DNA of 64,000 nucleotides from Macrostomum lignano (taxonomy: Eukaryota). The number at the start of each line of letters is the position of its first letter. The stretch's first letter is position 1. Both the position numbers and the translations under genes were made by a program. The stretch covers positions 293,584 to 357,583 of the forward strand of contig NIVC01001102.1 of assembly GCA_002269645.1 (NCBI GenBank). Reading direction: 5' to 3'. The notes beneath the pieces are model-generated. The model was given only the letters and a program-made list of their open reading frames with translations. It did no database searches and had not been told where the DNA came from. Shown here piece after piece: positions 24,840 through 37,420 of this stretch.

Positions 24840-27781
24840 GCCGGCAACATTTGCCTGGACTTCAGCGACCGCGCAGAGGCACCACCAAGGAGCTCGTGCG
24901 CAATGGACGGTGTGAGCCACCTCGACGCTGACAGCCAGCTGAAGGACCTCGAAAAGAAGCTGGTGCCGGATTTCAGCAAGGAAAAGGTCGACCTGCCTGT
25001 CGTAAAGGACCCAGACATCCGAGCCCTGGTGCACGAGTTCAACGAAATCTTCTCAAGGCGGCCGGGGCTGACAGTTCGCCACGAGCACAGCATCCCCCTG
25101 ATCGACGATGTCCCGGTGCGGACCCCGCCAAGGAAAGCTGCCGGTGCCCTGGGAGCTCGAGGTGAACCAGCTGATCCAGGAGCTGCTCGACAACGACATC
25201 ATCGAGGAGTCGGACAGCCCGTATGTGGCGCCCCCGGTGTACGTGCGGAAGAAGAACGGAAACCTGCGGCTGACGATCGACTACCGCGAGCTGAACAAGA
25301 AGACGGTGCGGTCGGCGCAGGGCATTCCGCAGATTGACTTCGTCAAGGACAAGCTGGCTGGCAACGAGATCTTCTCGGTGATTGACCTGAACGGCGGCTA
25401 CTTTCAAATCCCGATGAAACCGGAAGATAGGCAGAAGACGGCCTTCAGTCCCGGGCCCGGCATGCCGCTGTACCAGTTCAAGCGGATGCCGCAGGGCGTC
25501 TGCGGCGGCCCGAGCTCGTTCACCATCCTGATGAACCGCGTGTTCAAAGGCGCCGAGCAAACCTTCACCTGCATGGACGACACGCTATGCTTCTCCAAGT
25601 CGAAGGTCGAGCATCTCCAGCACCTGCGAGAAGTGTTCGAGAAGATCAGAGATGCTGGGCTCACAGTCAGGGGCAGCAAGTGCCAGCTGGGCCTGCCGGA
25701 GGTCACGTTCCTCGGCACCGTGTTTTCGGCCAAGGGTACCACGGTGAGTCCCGAGAAGGTGTGCGCCATTCAGGAGTGGCCAGAGCTGCAGTCCCCAACA
25801 CAGGTGCGGCAGTTCCTGGGCCTCTGCAACCAGTACAGGAAGTACGTGCGAGCTTCTCCGACATCGCCGGGCCGCTGCACAGACTGACCAGCAAGACGGA
25901 GAAGTTCGAGTGGACCGGCGAGTGCAGCACGGCATTCCGACGTCTCAAGGAGGCCCTGCAGCAGCCGCCGATCATCGGCCACCCGGATTTCTCCAAGGAG
26001 TTCCAGCTCTACACGGACGCCAGCAACACCGGAGTCGGGATCGTGCTCAAGCAAGGTGACCAGGTGATTGAGTACTGCAGCAGAGCGCTCACGGCTCCGG
26101 AGAAGGGCTACTCAACCGTTGTGAAGGAGTGCCTGTCGATCCTGCACGCGCTGAAGACTTACCGCCACTACATGCTCGGTCGGCACTTCACGGTCTTCAC
26201 CGACCACTGCCCGCTCACGTTTCTGAATTCCCAGCGAGTTGACAGTCACGGCCGGCTCGGGCGCTGGCGGTTGCTGCTGCAGGAGTTCACATTCACCATC
26301 AAGTACACAAAGGGTGTCGACAACGTGGAGGCGGACGGCCTGTCGAGGATGCACGAGGGCCATTGCGAGACGCTTGGAGCCTCGGCAACTGAGCTGCAGC
26401 CGCAGGTGTCCAACCGAGAGATGCGGCAGGCGCAGCGGGTAGATCCGAAGCTCAAGCTGGTCATCGATGCACTGGAGAACGACAGCACGACTCCGCCAAG
26501 ATGGTCCGACAGCAGCCTGCGACACCTCAGCCGCATCTGGCGGAAGTTGCGGATTCAAGACGGCCTTCTCTGTCGCGCCTTCAATGACGCTGCGGGACCG
26601 AGGGAGGTGCCCGTGATTCCGGAGTCGCTGCGGCGCCAGTTCCTCACTGACTTTCACGAGGGCATCCGCGGCCACTTCAGACCGGAGAAAATGGCCGACA
26701 CGCTGAAGCAGACCGCGTACTGGCCTGGGCTGCAGAGCGACGCGGTAATTTTCTGCCAGGAGTGCCAGACCTGCCAGCTGAAAAGGCGCAGCACCGGCCC
26801 GCAGCCCCACTCGGTGAGATGCCGATCGGCAAGCCCTGGCAGACCGTGGCGATCGATGTGCTGAAGGTGCCGACATCAGACAGAGGCAACAGCTACCTGC
26901 TCGTGATGCAGGACCAGTTCTCCAAGTTCCTGACCGCCGTGCCGATGCCAGATCAGACCGCCAAGACCATTGCGGACGCTGCAGTGAAGGTCTTCTCCCT
27001 GCTCGGAGTCCCGTCCGTCATCCACTCGGACCAGGGCGCGAACTTCGAGAGCGAGCTGTTCCAGGAGACGCTGCGAGCACTGGGCATCAAGAAGACGCGC
27101 ACCACGCCGTACCATCCGCAGGGAAACGGACTGGTGGAGCGCGGCAACAAGTCGCTGCTGCAGCTGCTGCGGCTGTTCACCGAGACCGAGACCAGCTGGG
27201 AGGAGCAGCTGCCGCTAGTGGTCCTGTCCTACAACTCCAGGGTCCACAGCTCAACCAAGGTGGCGCCGCTGACGGTGATGACCGGCCGCGAACCGCAGCT
27301 CCCGCCGCAGTTTCAGAACAGCGAGCGGCAGTTTGACATCGGCATCTACTCGGAACAGCTGGAGCAGCGGCTGGCCCGGATCTGTGAGTTCGTCGAAGAG
27401 AACCTGGTAGCCGCTGGGCAGCAGCAGAAGGCGGCTCACGACAAGAAGGCGACGGACCTGCCGCAGTTTCCGCAAGGTGCCGAGGTGCTGCTCAGTATCG
27501 AGATGCGGCACTCGAAGCTGGCGCCCTACTGGGAGACGGGCTGGACGGTGCTTGAGCAGCGCGGCCACTCGGTGTGCATCCGCCGCGCCTTCGGCAGCCG
27601 GCCTGTCTGCTGGGTGCACGTGAACCGGCTGCGCAGGCGGTTCGCAGCCCAGCCCGACTCTGACCAGCTCCGCCAGCAGCCGGTGAACCACCAGTTCGCG
27701 CCGGAGCCCAGCCAGGCCGAGCGGCGGTACCCTGAGCGGGAGCGGCGGCCTCCGGACTTCTTTGGTGTGAGCACTGAGTGA
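24840..27781 (+). mobile_element. pol: 5'-truncated Ty3/Gypsy pol (RT-RNase H-integrase), three single-base frameshifts
   Basis: RT: LRLTIDYRELN, IDLNGGYFQIPM, MPQG, CMDD. RNase H: YTDAS...TDHCPL. Integrase: HHCC zinc finger (FHEGIRGH...CQECQTC) and core VAIDVL, HSDQGANFES, GNGLVER. Frameshifts near 25135, 25850 and 26795. No gag or protease. Confidence 0.92.
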
Positions 27782-27906
27782 GCTGAGTGTGATGGACTGT
27801 CAGAGACCGTGATGCATGTTTTTTTAAAAAGGTTCTGTGTTTAAATTTTACGATCCATATTGCTGAAGTGTGTTGCGTTTTAATTTCCCCACTTTTTAAC
27901 TTGTTT

Positions 27907-28107
27907 CGCGGGGGAGAAATGTAATGGTTTTATTCCTCGCCTTATTGGCAGTTCTTGAACTGGTATCGTATTGACAAATATTTTTCTGAATAATTGTAAT
28001 GTACGTTCGCTCTCTCTATGTACATCGTTGACTCGCATAAATATAGCCATCACTGCCTCACGGGGCCTTCGTGAGTTTTTCTACACTGCCAAATACCGCG
28101 CGTCACA
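27907..28107 (+). mobile_element. Polypurine tract and 3' LTR (27920-28107) of the Gypsy fragment
   Basis: gcgggggagaaa directly precedes TGTAATGG. The segment ends GTCACA exactly where the right inverted arm starts (TG...CA, 188 bp). No matching 5' LTR in the window. Confidence 0.7.
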
Positions 28108-30529
28108 GATGCTAGACTGCCAGAAGTCCGATGGACACATCCGTTGAGGGTCCCGACGGACGTCCAGACGGTCGGGATGGTGCAGGAAGTATAGTGAGTG
28201 CGACAGGGAGTCTCACGTTGCTCATTGGTGAGGCTTGATCAAGAATTTCTAGCAAAAGTATATGCCAGACTGCCAGAAGTCCAATGGACACATCCGTTGA
28301 AGGTCCCGACGGTCATCCAGGCGGTCAGGATGGTGCAGGAAGTATAGTGAGTGCGACAGGGAGTCTCACGTTGCTCATTGGTGAGGCTTGATCAAGAATT
28401 TCTAGCCAAAGTATATGCTAGACTGCCAGAAGTCCGATGGACACATCCGTTGAAGGTCCCGACGGTCGTCCAGACGGTCGGGATGGTGCAGGAAGTATAG
28501 TGAGTGCAAGAAGGAGTCGTAGGTTGCTCATTGACAAGATTTCATAATAAATATTTGACCGAAATTTGTTTCGGATCTTAAATTCCGATGATGTCAGAAT
28601 GTGCTCGTTGAATGTCCTGACGATGGTCGACGGTGGCCACGGGGCATTGTTGTAGCGCACTACAAGTGTTCTGGGTTACCTCACCAATGGCTGAAATGAG
28701 GTTTGGGATCATTTTGTGCACCTTATTGCCTGGTGTCAAGACCTAGCCACTGAATTCTACGGTTTGCCTTCAAAAACATCTCGACGAATATCTTGCTGAA
28801 TATCTCGACGATCTCGATGTCGGAGAGAGTCGGCGATGGCTTCATCAGATTCCTCGATAAATTTTAGCTCGTACTGGGAATTTTCAGACGAATCCATCGT
28901 CGGGTTCCAGAGTTATGGCGTGCATAACTTTTTGGGTATTTGAAATACTCCCCATCGGCATCCGTGCAATGGAAAAATAGCTTCGGCATCCGACTGTTAA
29001 TTGATAGCTTTATTACTTGTATTATTTTTCAAGTAAGAATCCAACCTCGCATTTCTGTAAAACGCACTAAATGTAAGCACCTCGTCTCAATAAATGCATC
29101 CACACTTTTTGCATTCGACTCATCCAAAATATTTTCATACAAGCAGTCCCTAACACTCGATTTTCTTAGAAATGAGCTGAAAGCCACTGGTAAGGATTTC
29201 TAACTCTGTAAGAAAGTAAGAAATAAAGATTCTTACTTGTAACTGATTCTGTAAGACAAATACACGTTCCTTACCAACCTCCAGACAAGGACAGATTTCA
29301 AAGAAAACTAAGCGTCCTTCTGCTTCCTTCTTGTCCATGGTCTAACGGTGAGAAAGCCAGCTGCAGAAGAAATCTACAACAAGCTAGGGTGTCTCATATT
29401 TTGCAAAGATTCTCAATGACAAAGAAGTCTATTTCCTATAGCGTGAAGTTAATCAAAATTAATTTATGGGTCGCCCAATGCAACATAAGTTTAACAACAA
29501 AATGCTGATAAAAACGGCCTTTTTAGTTTAGATCCGCCTAGGTGCAAAGTCATAGAGACCGCTTGCTCATGGCTTTGCTGGCAGCTGGCTTAGTGTAGAG
29601 ATCTCCAAATACGATACAAAGTAAACTACTATAAGTAGCAACATAAAAATGCGAAAACTTAGAATCTAAAAACACCAAGTGGTCAATACTCTATTTTTAG
29701 AAGACCACGAAAACAACGAGTGATCATCTTATATAACATCTAAAAATTCCAAATATGGTATTGATACGCAAAACTTATTGTATTCTATTCAATTTTCGAG
29801 AGGTCAAAATTCCAAAACGCAAATGAGTCACCTTCCCACAATAACAAAATCCGAGCTAAAAATCTCAGACTCGGAGCAGCCTCAAAACACCTTGAGCTTA
29901 CTGCAGAAGCTACTCGAGGCTACATCTCAGAGGAAGAAGTAAACCAATTGGTGAGCCTTTGTTCGAGCCTTTGTTATTTGGATTAATTGAGAGCGAGATT
30001 ATTGCCGGCCGTTACTGTTCAGTTGATTTTACTGAGTCTATTGAGTTTGAGGCCTCCGTTTTCCTAAGGGATTGGATAGGATCTGCGGACCGATTCCGAT
30101 ACCCTTAGAGGATTATCGAGTTATTGATTTTGGGATATCCTAGATTAACCGATAGGAGCACACGGCTCCGATTCCATTATTTCTAGAAGAAGACGCCTTT
30201 TCTGGAGGACCTCGTATTGTTATAGAAGTTGATTTTTTGTTATTAGGGTGCATTGTTGATATTTATTTCTGAATCCGAGGCCTATATTGATTCCCGAATT
30301 CGAGGAATACTGCGACGTCGATTTAATTGTTACGCTCTCACCTTCGGCCGATTTTAAACTTAAAGAAGACTACCCCGGGAGGAACAGCCTTGCGACGACA
30401 AACAAACAGACACGAGCGACAAAGAAGAGGAGCCCGCCACAGTAAGTGATCACTGAACTTTGTTCCCAGGCTTAGGATCTGGAAGTGGGAGTTCTTGAGT
30501 GACTGATCATCACTCGAAAAAACTCTTCA

Positions 30530-30760
30530 CCAGATTATGGCGGACAATCGAATTAGAAATCAGTACAACCACGTGAGGCACCTCCGAGCGGCATCGTCTG
30601 CGAGTCGCTGCACAACAGGTGATTCTCTGTGGCGTGGCCATAACGCTGACAAGCTGGTCCATGATGCCGCAGGGAACGTTGGCGTACACTTGCTCGGCTT
30701 CCCGACAGGCCAGAGCCTTCTCCACCTGCGGCGGTTGTCACTCAGCTGTAAACCCAATGT
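30530..30760 (-). pseudogene. GALK: Galactokinase (GALK1-like) pseudogene fragment
   Basis: EKALACREAEQVYANVPCGIMDQLVSVM and VVVLISNSIVRHNL match the galactokinase CGIMDQ and L(I)TNSNVRHSL motifs. Frameshifted; the rest of the gene was not seen. Confidence 0.65.
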
Positions 30761-31462
30761 CTTAAGAAGCTGTTTTGGGTTTAATTTATATATTGATATT
30801 AGATAAAAGTGCATACAGTCCTCGCATGTAGGCCTCGTATTTCTCCTGACATCTATTTCTTCTGCTCAAAATCATATGGATGCTTATAGAACTTTTTGGA
30901 TGTCAACCCACACTTGAAACATGTTTTAAACATTATAACTCTACACTAACTCAGAACAAAACGTGAATTTGTCAGGAATAAACTGAAAACTAAAAAGGAT
31001 ACGTTTTAGTAAAAGTGATTTAATTACCATCAACATACACAACACAGCTAGCTCAACTCACATGCGATAAAAGCAGATTTAAAGTAGGATGGCCAATAGC
31101 ACTAGATGTAACCATTACCTGTAACCATGTTTTTAAAAGCACCTGCAACATTTGTTGTCGCCGCTGTTGGTAACTAAATTGACGCTAGCAGTTAATTAAG
31201 GTCATCGTGACCATTTGCAACAGGAAGAACTGTATCAGAAGCAGAGGCGGCACCAACCTGAGTAACAAGGGCGTCTACGTTTATTTCTGTGTTTGGCTCG
31301 GGTACTCGTACTCAGATTAGAGGATTTGCAACGCCTTTCAAGACGGCAAAAACCATTTTTCGCTCGTCACCGGATTAGGGTAGCGAACAGGGAATTGCAC
31401 CTAAGGTAGATGTCTCGGACACAGCACATAGCAAGCTGAGTATTAAGCCTTCATGGAAATAT

Positions 31463-34041
31463 CAGGGACAACTAAAACCCTCGGGACGCGAAACGAGCCA
31501 ATTCATGGCAAAAAATCTGAGGGGCTCGCTTAAAAGTATTGTTCTATGGCTTTTTCAAGTCTTCTCTTCTATCAGGCATTAACGGTTAGATTAAATAGTA
31601 AAGCGAGGCAATGTCAAGTATTTAATTTAAAGAATAGGAACCAGTGATATAATTACAATGTATTTACAATAACACGCCAAACTCAGCCTCAAGTGGATCA
31701 CTGTGAAAGTCAGCCAGCAGAACGTAGCTGATTCGTGGGTCGGACAAAAGAACCTCACACATCTCACAGGCTCCGCGCAGTGAGTTTACTAGCGCTGACT
31801 TGGTCTCGGGCGTCAATGAATGATGGCGAGCTCGGCCTTTTCCTCAAAGTGTCGAATCAAACGAATCCGCGAGCGCGCTAAGAAATTGTATGCTTTCATC
31901 TTGAACGGAATAGACTGGTCGCCTGTCCGGATCCCGTAGTCGTGCGTGTAGATCAGGATTTTTACAATTGACAATTTTCCAGAATCTCACTATGGTTTTG
32001 ATAAATTCCGCAGTGTCTGAGTATCCATCACACTTCAATGCAGCGACAACCCTTTCATCGAGAACTTGGAGAGCGAGACTGACTTTAGTTTTCTGAATGC
32101 TTGTGGGATAACAGGCCTCATGAGTTAGACATGTGCGCTTGACTACGTGGTCTTTCTCCATTTGGTACAGGCGTACCACGTCTGACCATTTAGCGGATAT
32201 CTATCTGTCAGCGCCAGGAGGTTGAATGCTTAGAATTCCATTCGCTTCCATTTGCCAATTATTGCGAATGCATTTGATAATGTGAACGAAATCGAACAGC
32301 ATGAAGAATTCCGACTCCTGTGCAGCATCCGTTCCAATCCATGGCTTCTCTCTTCCATCGCTAAATAAAGCAAAACACTTGCGGTTGGTAGGGTGATTGT
32401 CGCTGACGAGCAACGACACGGCCACCGTTGTTGTTAATTGCTTTAATACATTGGCTGACGCATTTTCGCAGAAACTCCGCAGACAAAATGTATGTCGGCA
32501 ATAGTCGGACTACAAACAGTTTTCCACCAAGTAATGGCTTTACCATTATGGCCAAAATTGTCCTAGCAACCTGGTCCGGATCGTCGACGGCTCGACCCAG
32601 AAGGTGACGGCATCGATATCGAACGGACGGTTGTATGTACATTTCGTCAAACATATTACGCAGTTTCGCTGAGCTCCTGATAGACTAGCAAAAACTGACT
32701 GGATCACATCGGCTGCGTCGGTTTCTGTGCCAACTTCTCCTGTACCTGCTAGTTGCAGCTGCAGCGTTCGGGGATGAGGAAATGGCAATAGCTTCCGTAG
32801 GTAAGAGTAAGCCGAACTACTGATCAAGTAGAGCAATGCTGACTGTCGCACTAGTGAAATGTCATAGCGGCGATTGTTCCGATTTACTAATGTAAGGCTA
32901 AGTTGTCGAATCAAAAACTGAAGCGACGGATCCAAATCAGAGTCAGAATCTATATCATCACTGATTCTACTAACAAACGCTTCGACTTCACGTTGGGGAT
33001 TGGCGTCGGAATTTTTGCACCGCACGACAACAGCATCCAGTTGCGACCAGCGCTTGAGTGTCGGTTGAAATCCCAACAAGTCTCGAACCGAAATCGGTGT
33101 ATGCAGTTTGAATGCACGAATCAGAAAGTTCGGTGAGACAAAAATTCGAACAGACAGGTCTCCATCTTTATCTAACGTAAACAAGTAAACGTCTTCGTTC
33201 AGAATAGCTGTGTTCAGTGCATGTCGAGATACGACATCCGAATTTTTCACCTCAGCTCGAAAACTTTCCCATGCCGGCAAAAAATCAAGCAGCTCAAAAG
33301 CGTCCATCTCATAGATGTCGCCGCACCTCGCGTCAGAAAGAACACCGCGCTTTTCGGCCTGTCGGTCCTGGTCTAAAATAAGAGTAAAAATAAAAGTAAG
33401 ATAATTGTGAGCGGCAAAATCGATATAGACGCTAAGTGTTGAGCAATCTTTAAGTTACGTACCTTGGTTCTGAACAAAACACGAGCTAGGAACTCCATTA
33501 AAACAGAAGGAGGATTAATTGGCCTTTTGGTAGAGTTTTTCTTGACCATTGGAGCATCGCTTGGCCAATGCTTTACGCACACGCCCATATTGTCAGTCAC
33601 TCTCTAAAATAATAAGTTTTGGGTTTCAAGTTGTTTGGACGAGACTGGCATGCAGAATTGAAGCGGAATTATGCAACAGTAATGACAGCAAATGATCTGG
33701 TTTCTTACCTGGAGAATATTTGGCAGCGCCTTTCTCCATCGCTCTCGCTCCTGTGGATCTCTGGGAAACGCAAATGTCCGTGTTCGAACGGCTTCAGAGT
33801 TGTAATTTGACGAGCACAGAAATACGCTGCACTTTCTTGGCATTTCATCAAGTGAATAAAAAATGCTTCTCTTGATATAGTTCAGCTTAGCTTCACTGCT
33901 GGCCGCAGCTAAATCAATTTTAATTTGCCTGATAGCAGAGAAGACTTGAAAAAGCCATAGAACAATACTTTTAAGCGAGCCCCTCAGATTTTTTGCCATG
34001 AATTGGCTCGTTTCGCGTCCCGAGGGTTTTAGTTGTCCCTG
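31463..34041 (-). mobile_element. P-element superfamily DNA transposon with THAP domain and decayed transposase
   Basis: ~116-bp TIRs starting CAGGGACAACTAAAACCC; exact 8-bp TSD GGAAATAT at 31455-31462 and 34042-34049. THAP from ATG 33843 (CSVFLC...FPRDP...W...CVKHW). Transposase motifs FDEMYI, FDFVHIIKCIRNNW, KTKVSLA, SDPLEAEFG lie in shifting frames. Confidence 0.92.
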
Positions 34042-34197
34042 GGAAATATGTTCACCTACTACAGTAGTCAAAGCTACCGTTTACAGGCCCAGCAGCCTAC
34101 TTACAAAGTTTAAAAGCTTGCAACTCCATTGTGGTCCAAAAGTGAGTCCTAGCAAGCAGTATGGAAGGGCGCAGGTGCCAGATTAGCACCGCAGATG

Positions 34198-36863
34198 CCT
34201 GCGGTGCTAAAATGAGTGCCTGCGGCGCTAAAATGAGTGCCTGCGGTGCTAAAATGAGTGCCTTTGGCGCTAAAATGAGTGCCTGCGGTGCTAAAATGAG
34301 TGCCTTTGGCGCTAAAATGAGTGCCTGCGGTGCTAAAATGAGTGCTTACGGCGCTAAAATGAGTGCCTGTGGCGCTAAAATGAGTGCCTGCGGCGCTAAA
34401 ATGAGAGCTTGCGGCGCTAAACTGAGTGCCTGCGGCGCTAAACTGAGTGCCTGTGGCGCTAAACAGAGTGCCTGTGGCGCTAAAATGAGTGCCTGCGGTG
34501 CTAAAATGAGTGCCTGCGGTGCTAAAATGAGTGCCTGCGGTGCTAAAATGAGTGCCTGCGGCGTTAAAATGAGTGCCTGTGGCGCTAAACAGAGTGCCTG
34601 TGGCGCTAAAATGAGTGCCTGCGGTGCTAAACTGAGTGCCTGCGGCGCTAAAATGAGTGCCTGCGGTGCTAAACTGAGTGCCTGTGGCGCTAAACAGAGT
34701 GCCTGTGGCGCTAAAATGAGTGCCTGCGGTGCTAAAATGAGTGCCTGCGGCGCTAAAATGAGTGCCTGCGGTGCTAAAATGAGTGCCTGCGGCGCTAAAA
34801 TGAGTGCCTGCGGTGCTAAAATGAGTGCCTTTGGCGCTAAAATGAGTGCCTGCGGTGCTAAAATGAGTGCCTGCGGCGCTAAAATGAGTGCCTGCGGTGC
34901 TAAAATGAGTGCCTGCGGTGCTAAAATGAGTGCCTGCGGAGCTAAAATGAGTGCCTGCGGCGCTAAAATGAGTGCCTGCGGTGCATAAATGAGTGCCTGC
35001 GGCGCTAAAATGAGTGCCTGCGGTGCTAAAATGAGTGCCTTTGGCGCTAAAATGAGTGCCTGCGGTGCTAAAATGAGTGCCTTTGGCGCTAAAATGAGTG
35101 CCTGCGGTGCTAAAATGAGTGCTTACGGCGCTAAAATGAGTGCCTGTGGCGCTAAAATGAGTGCCTGCGGCGCTAAAATGAGAGCTTGCGGCGCTAAACT
35201 GAGTGCCTGCGGCGCTAAACTGAGTGCCTGTGGCGCTAAACAGAGTGCCTGTGGCGCTAAAATGAGTGCCTGCGGTGCTAAAATGAGTGCCTGCGGTGCT
35301 AAAATGAGTGCCTGCGGTGCTAAAATGAGTGCCTGCGGCGTTAAAATGAGTGCCTGTGGCGCTAAACAGAGTGCCTGTGGCGCTAAAATGAGTGCCTGCG
35401 GTGCTAAAATGAGTGCCTTTGGCGCTAAAATGAGTGCCTGCGGTGCTAAAATGAGTGCTTACGGCGCTAAAATGAGTGCCTGTGGCGCTAAAATGAGTGC
35501 CTGCGGCGCTAAAATGAGAGCTTGCGGCGCTAAACTGAGTGCCTGCGGCGCTAAACTGAGTGCCTGTGGCGCTAAACAGAGTGCCTGTGGCGCTAAAATG
35601 AGTGCCTGCGGTGCTAAAATGAGTGCCTGCGGTGCTAAAATGAGTGCCTGCGGTGCTAAAATGAGTGCCTGCGGCGTTAAAATGAGTGCCTGTGGCGCTA
35701 AACAGAGTGCCTGTGGCGCTAAAATGAGTGCCTGCGGTGCTAAAATGAGTGCCTTTGGCGCTAAAATGAGTGCCTGCGGTGCTAAAATGAGTGCCTGCGG
35801 CGCTAAAATGAGTGCCTGCGGTGCTAAAATGAGTGCCTGCGGTGCTAAAATGAGTGCCTGCGGAGCTAAAATGAGTGCCTGCGGCGCTAAAATGAGTGCC
35901 TGCGGTGCATAAATGAGTGCCTGCGGCGCTAAAATGAGTGCCTGCGGTGCTAAACTGAGTGCCTGCGGCGCTAAACAGAGTGCCTGTGGCGCTAAAATGA
36001 GTGCCTGCGGTGCTAAAATGAGTGCCTGCGGCGCTAAAATGAGTGCCTGCGGTGCTAAAATGAGTGCCTGCGGCGCTAAAATGAGTGCCTGCGGTGCTAA
36101 AATGAGTGCCTTTGGCGCTAAAATGAGTGCCTGCGGTGCTAAAATGAGTGCCTGCGGCGCTAAAATGAGTGCCTGCGGTGCTAAAATGAGTGCCTGCGGT
36201 GCTAAAATGAGTGCCTGCGGAGCTAAAATGAGTGCCTGCGGCGCTAAAATGAGTGCCTGCGGTGCTAAAATGAGTGCCTGCGGCGCTAAAATGAGTGCCT
36301 GCGGTGCTAAAATGAGTGCCTTTGGCGCTAAAATGAGTGCCTGCGGTGCTAAAATGAGTGCCTTTGGCGCTAAAATGAGTGCCTGCGGTGCTAAAATGAG
36401 TGCTTACGGCGCTAAAATGAGTGCCTGCGGAGCTAAAATGAGTGCCTGCGGCGCTAAAATGAGTGCCTGCGGCGCTAAAATGAGTGCCTGCGGTGCTAAA
36501 ATGAGTGCCTACGGTGCTAAAATGAGTGCCTGCGGCGCTAAACTGAGTGCCTGCGGCGCCAAAATGAGTGCCTGTGGCGCTAAACTGAGTGCCTGTGGCG
36601 CTAAAATGAGTGACTGCGGCGCTAAAATGAGTGCCTGCGGCGCTAAACTGAGTGCCTGCGGCGCTAAAATGAGTGCCTGTGGCGCTAAAATGAGTGCCTG
36701 CGGTGCTAAAATGAGTGCCTGCGGTGCTAAAATGAGTGCCTGTGGCGCTAAAATGAGTGCCTGCGGCGCTAAAATGAGTGCCTGCGGTGCTAAAATGAGT
36801 GCCTGCGGCGCTAAAATGAGTGCCTGCGGTGCTAAAATGAGTGCCTGCGGCGCTAAAATGAGT
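34198..36863. repeat. 21-bp satellite (gagtgcctgcggYgctaaaat), ~127 copies, with higher-order variant blocks
   Basis: Direct inspection. Variants recur at multiples of 21: gcttac at 34344, 35121 and 35457; gcataaat 924 bp apart. Confidence 0.97.
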
Positions 36864-37420
36864 CTGGTGAATATAGCAATTCAGTGCATCGTGACATCAG
36901 GACAGAAACAGTAAAAACTTATTGAAGAAAAACTACCTTTTGTTTATGAAAACTAAGCTAATAGAAGAAAATAACAAATCTTGAGTAAAATTGACACAGT
37001 GATTTTAAATCGCTTGGGTTTCAAGTTATAAACTTTAAAACGCACACACACTACTAGTGATGAGAAGCTAGTAGCTAGATAGATTTAGAGTTACATAATT
37101 CCGATGTCTTGCACTACCTGAAATGTTCTCATCGCCAGCAGCATAGTGCGGATATTCTTGAATTAAATACTCTGCTAATTAGGTATTGAAATTGACGAAT
37201 GGTGCATAGAATGCATTGGTTAAACCAGAAAAGAACTGCAGATAGTGATTACATTGAGAAAAGCCAACTAATCAAATTCATTGTCCTTAATTTTATAACC
37301 CAACCCCGACTATATTGCTTAGTAACTTAGTGGTAAGAAGAATAAGCGGTATTGATCAGTAACGATCCAAGTTAAAACACAACTGGCCAAGATTCACGTC
37401 AACAAGCGGTTGCAGTGCCA

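Larger units (their letters stand above)
23854..28996. mobile_element. 5.1-kb element with ~0.9-1 kb terminal inverted arms containing 153-bp tandem units, flanked by TTAA
   Basis: Left arm 23854-24839 and right arm 28108-28996 are reverse complements; the same spurious ORF appears at 24162 + and 28418 -. TTAA at 23850-23853 and 28997-29000. caagcctcacc recurs at 24432, 24585 and 24738. Confidence 0.85.

Noticed and set aside
23854-28996. DIRS-type retrotransposon with inverted LTRs
   Set aside because: It encodes a DDE integrase rather than a tyrosine recombinase, and retains a conventional PPT plus TG...CA LTR inside the arms.
34161-36914. Long (MSACGAK)n ORFs of 275-333 aa
   Set aside because: They are the stop-poor frame of a 21-bp satellite; no unique coding flanks or splice context were found.
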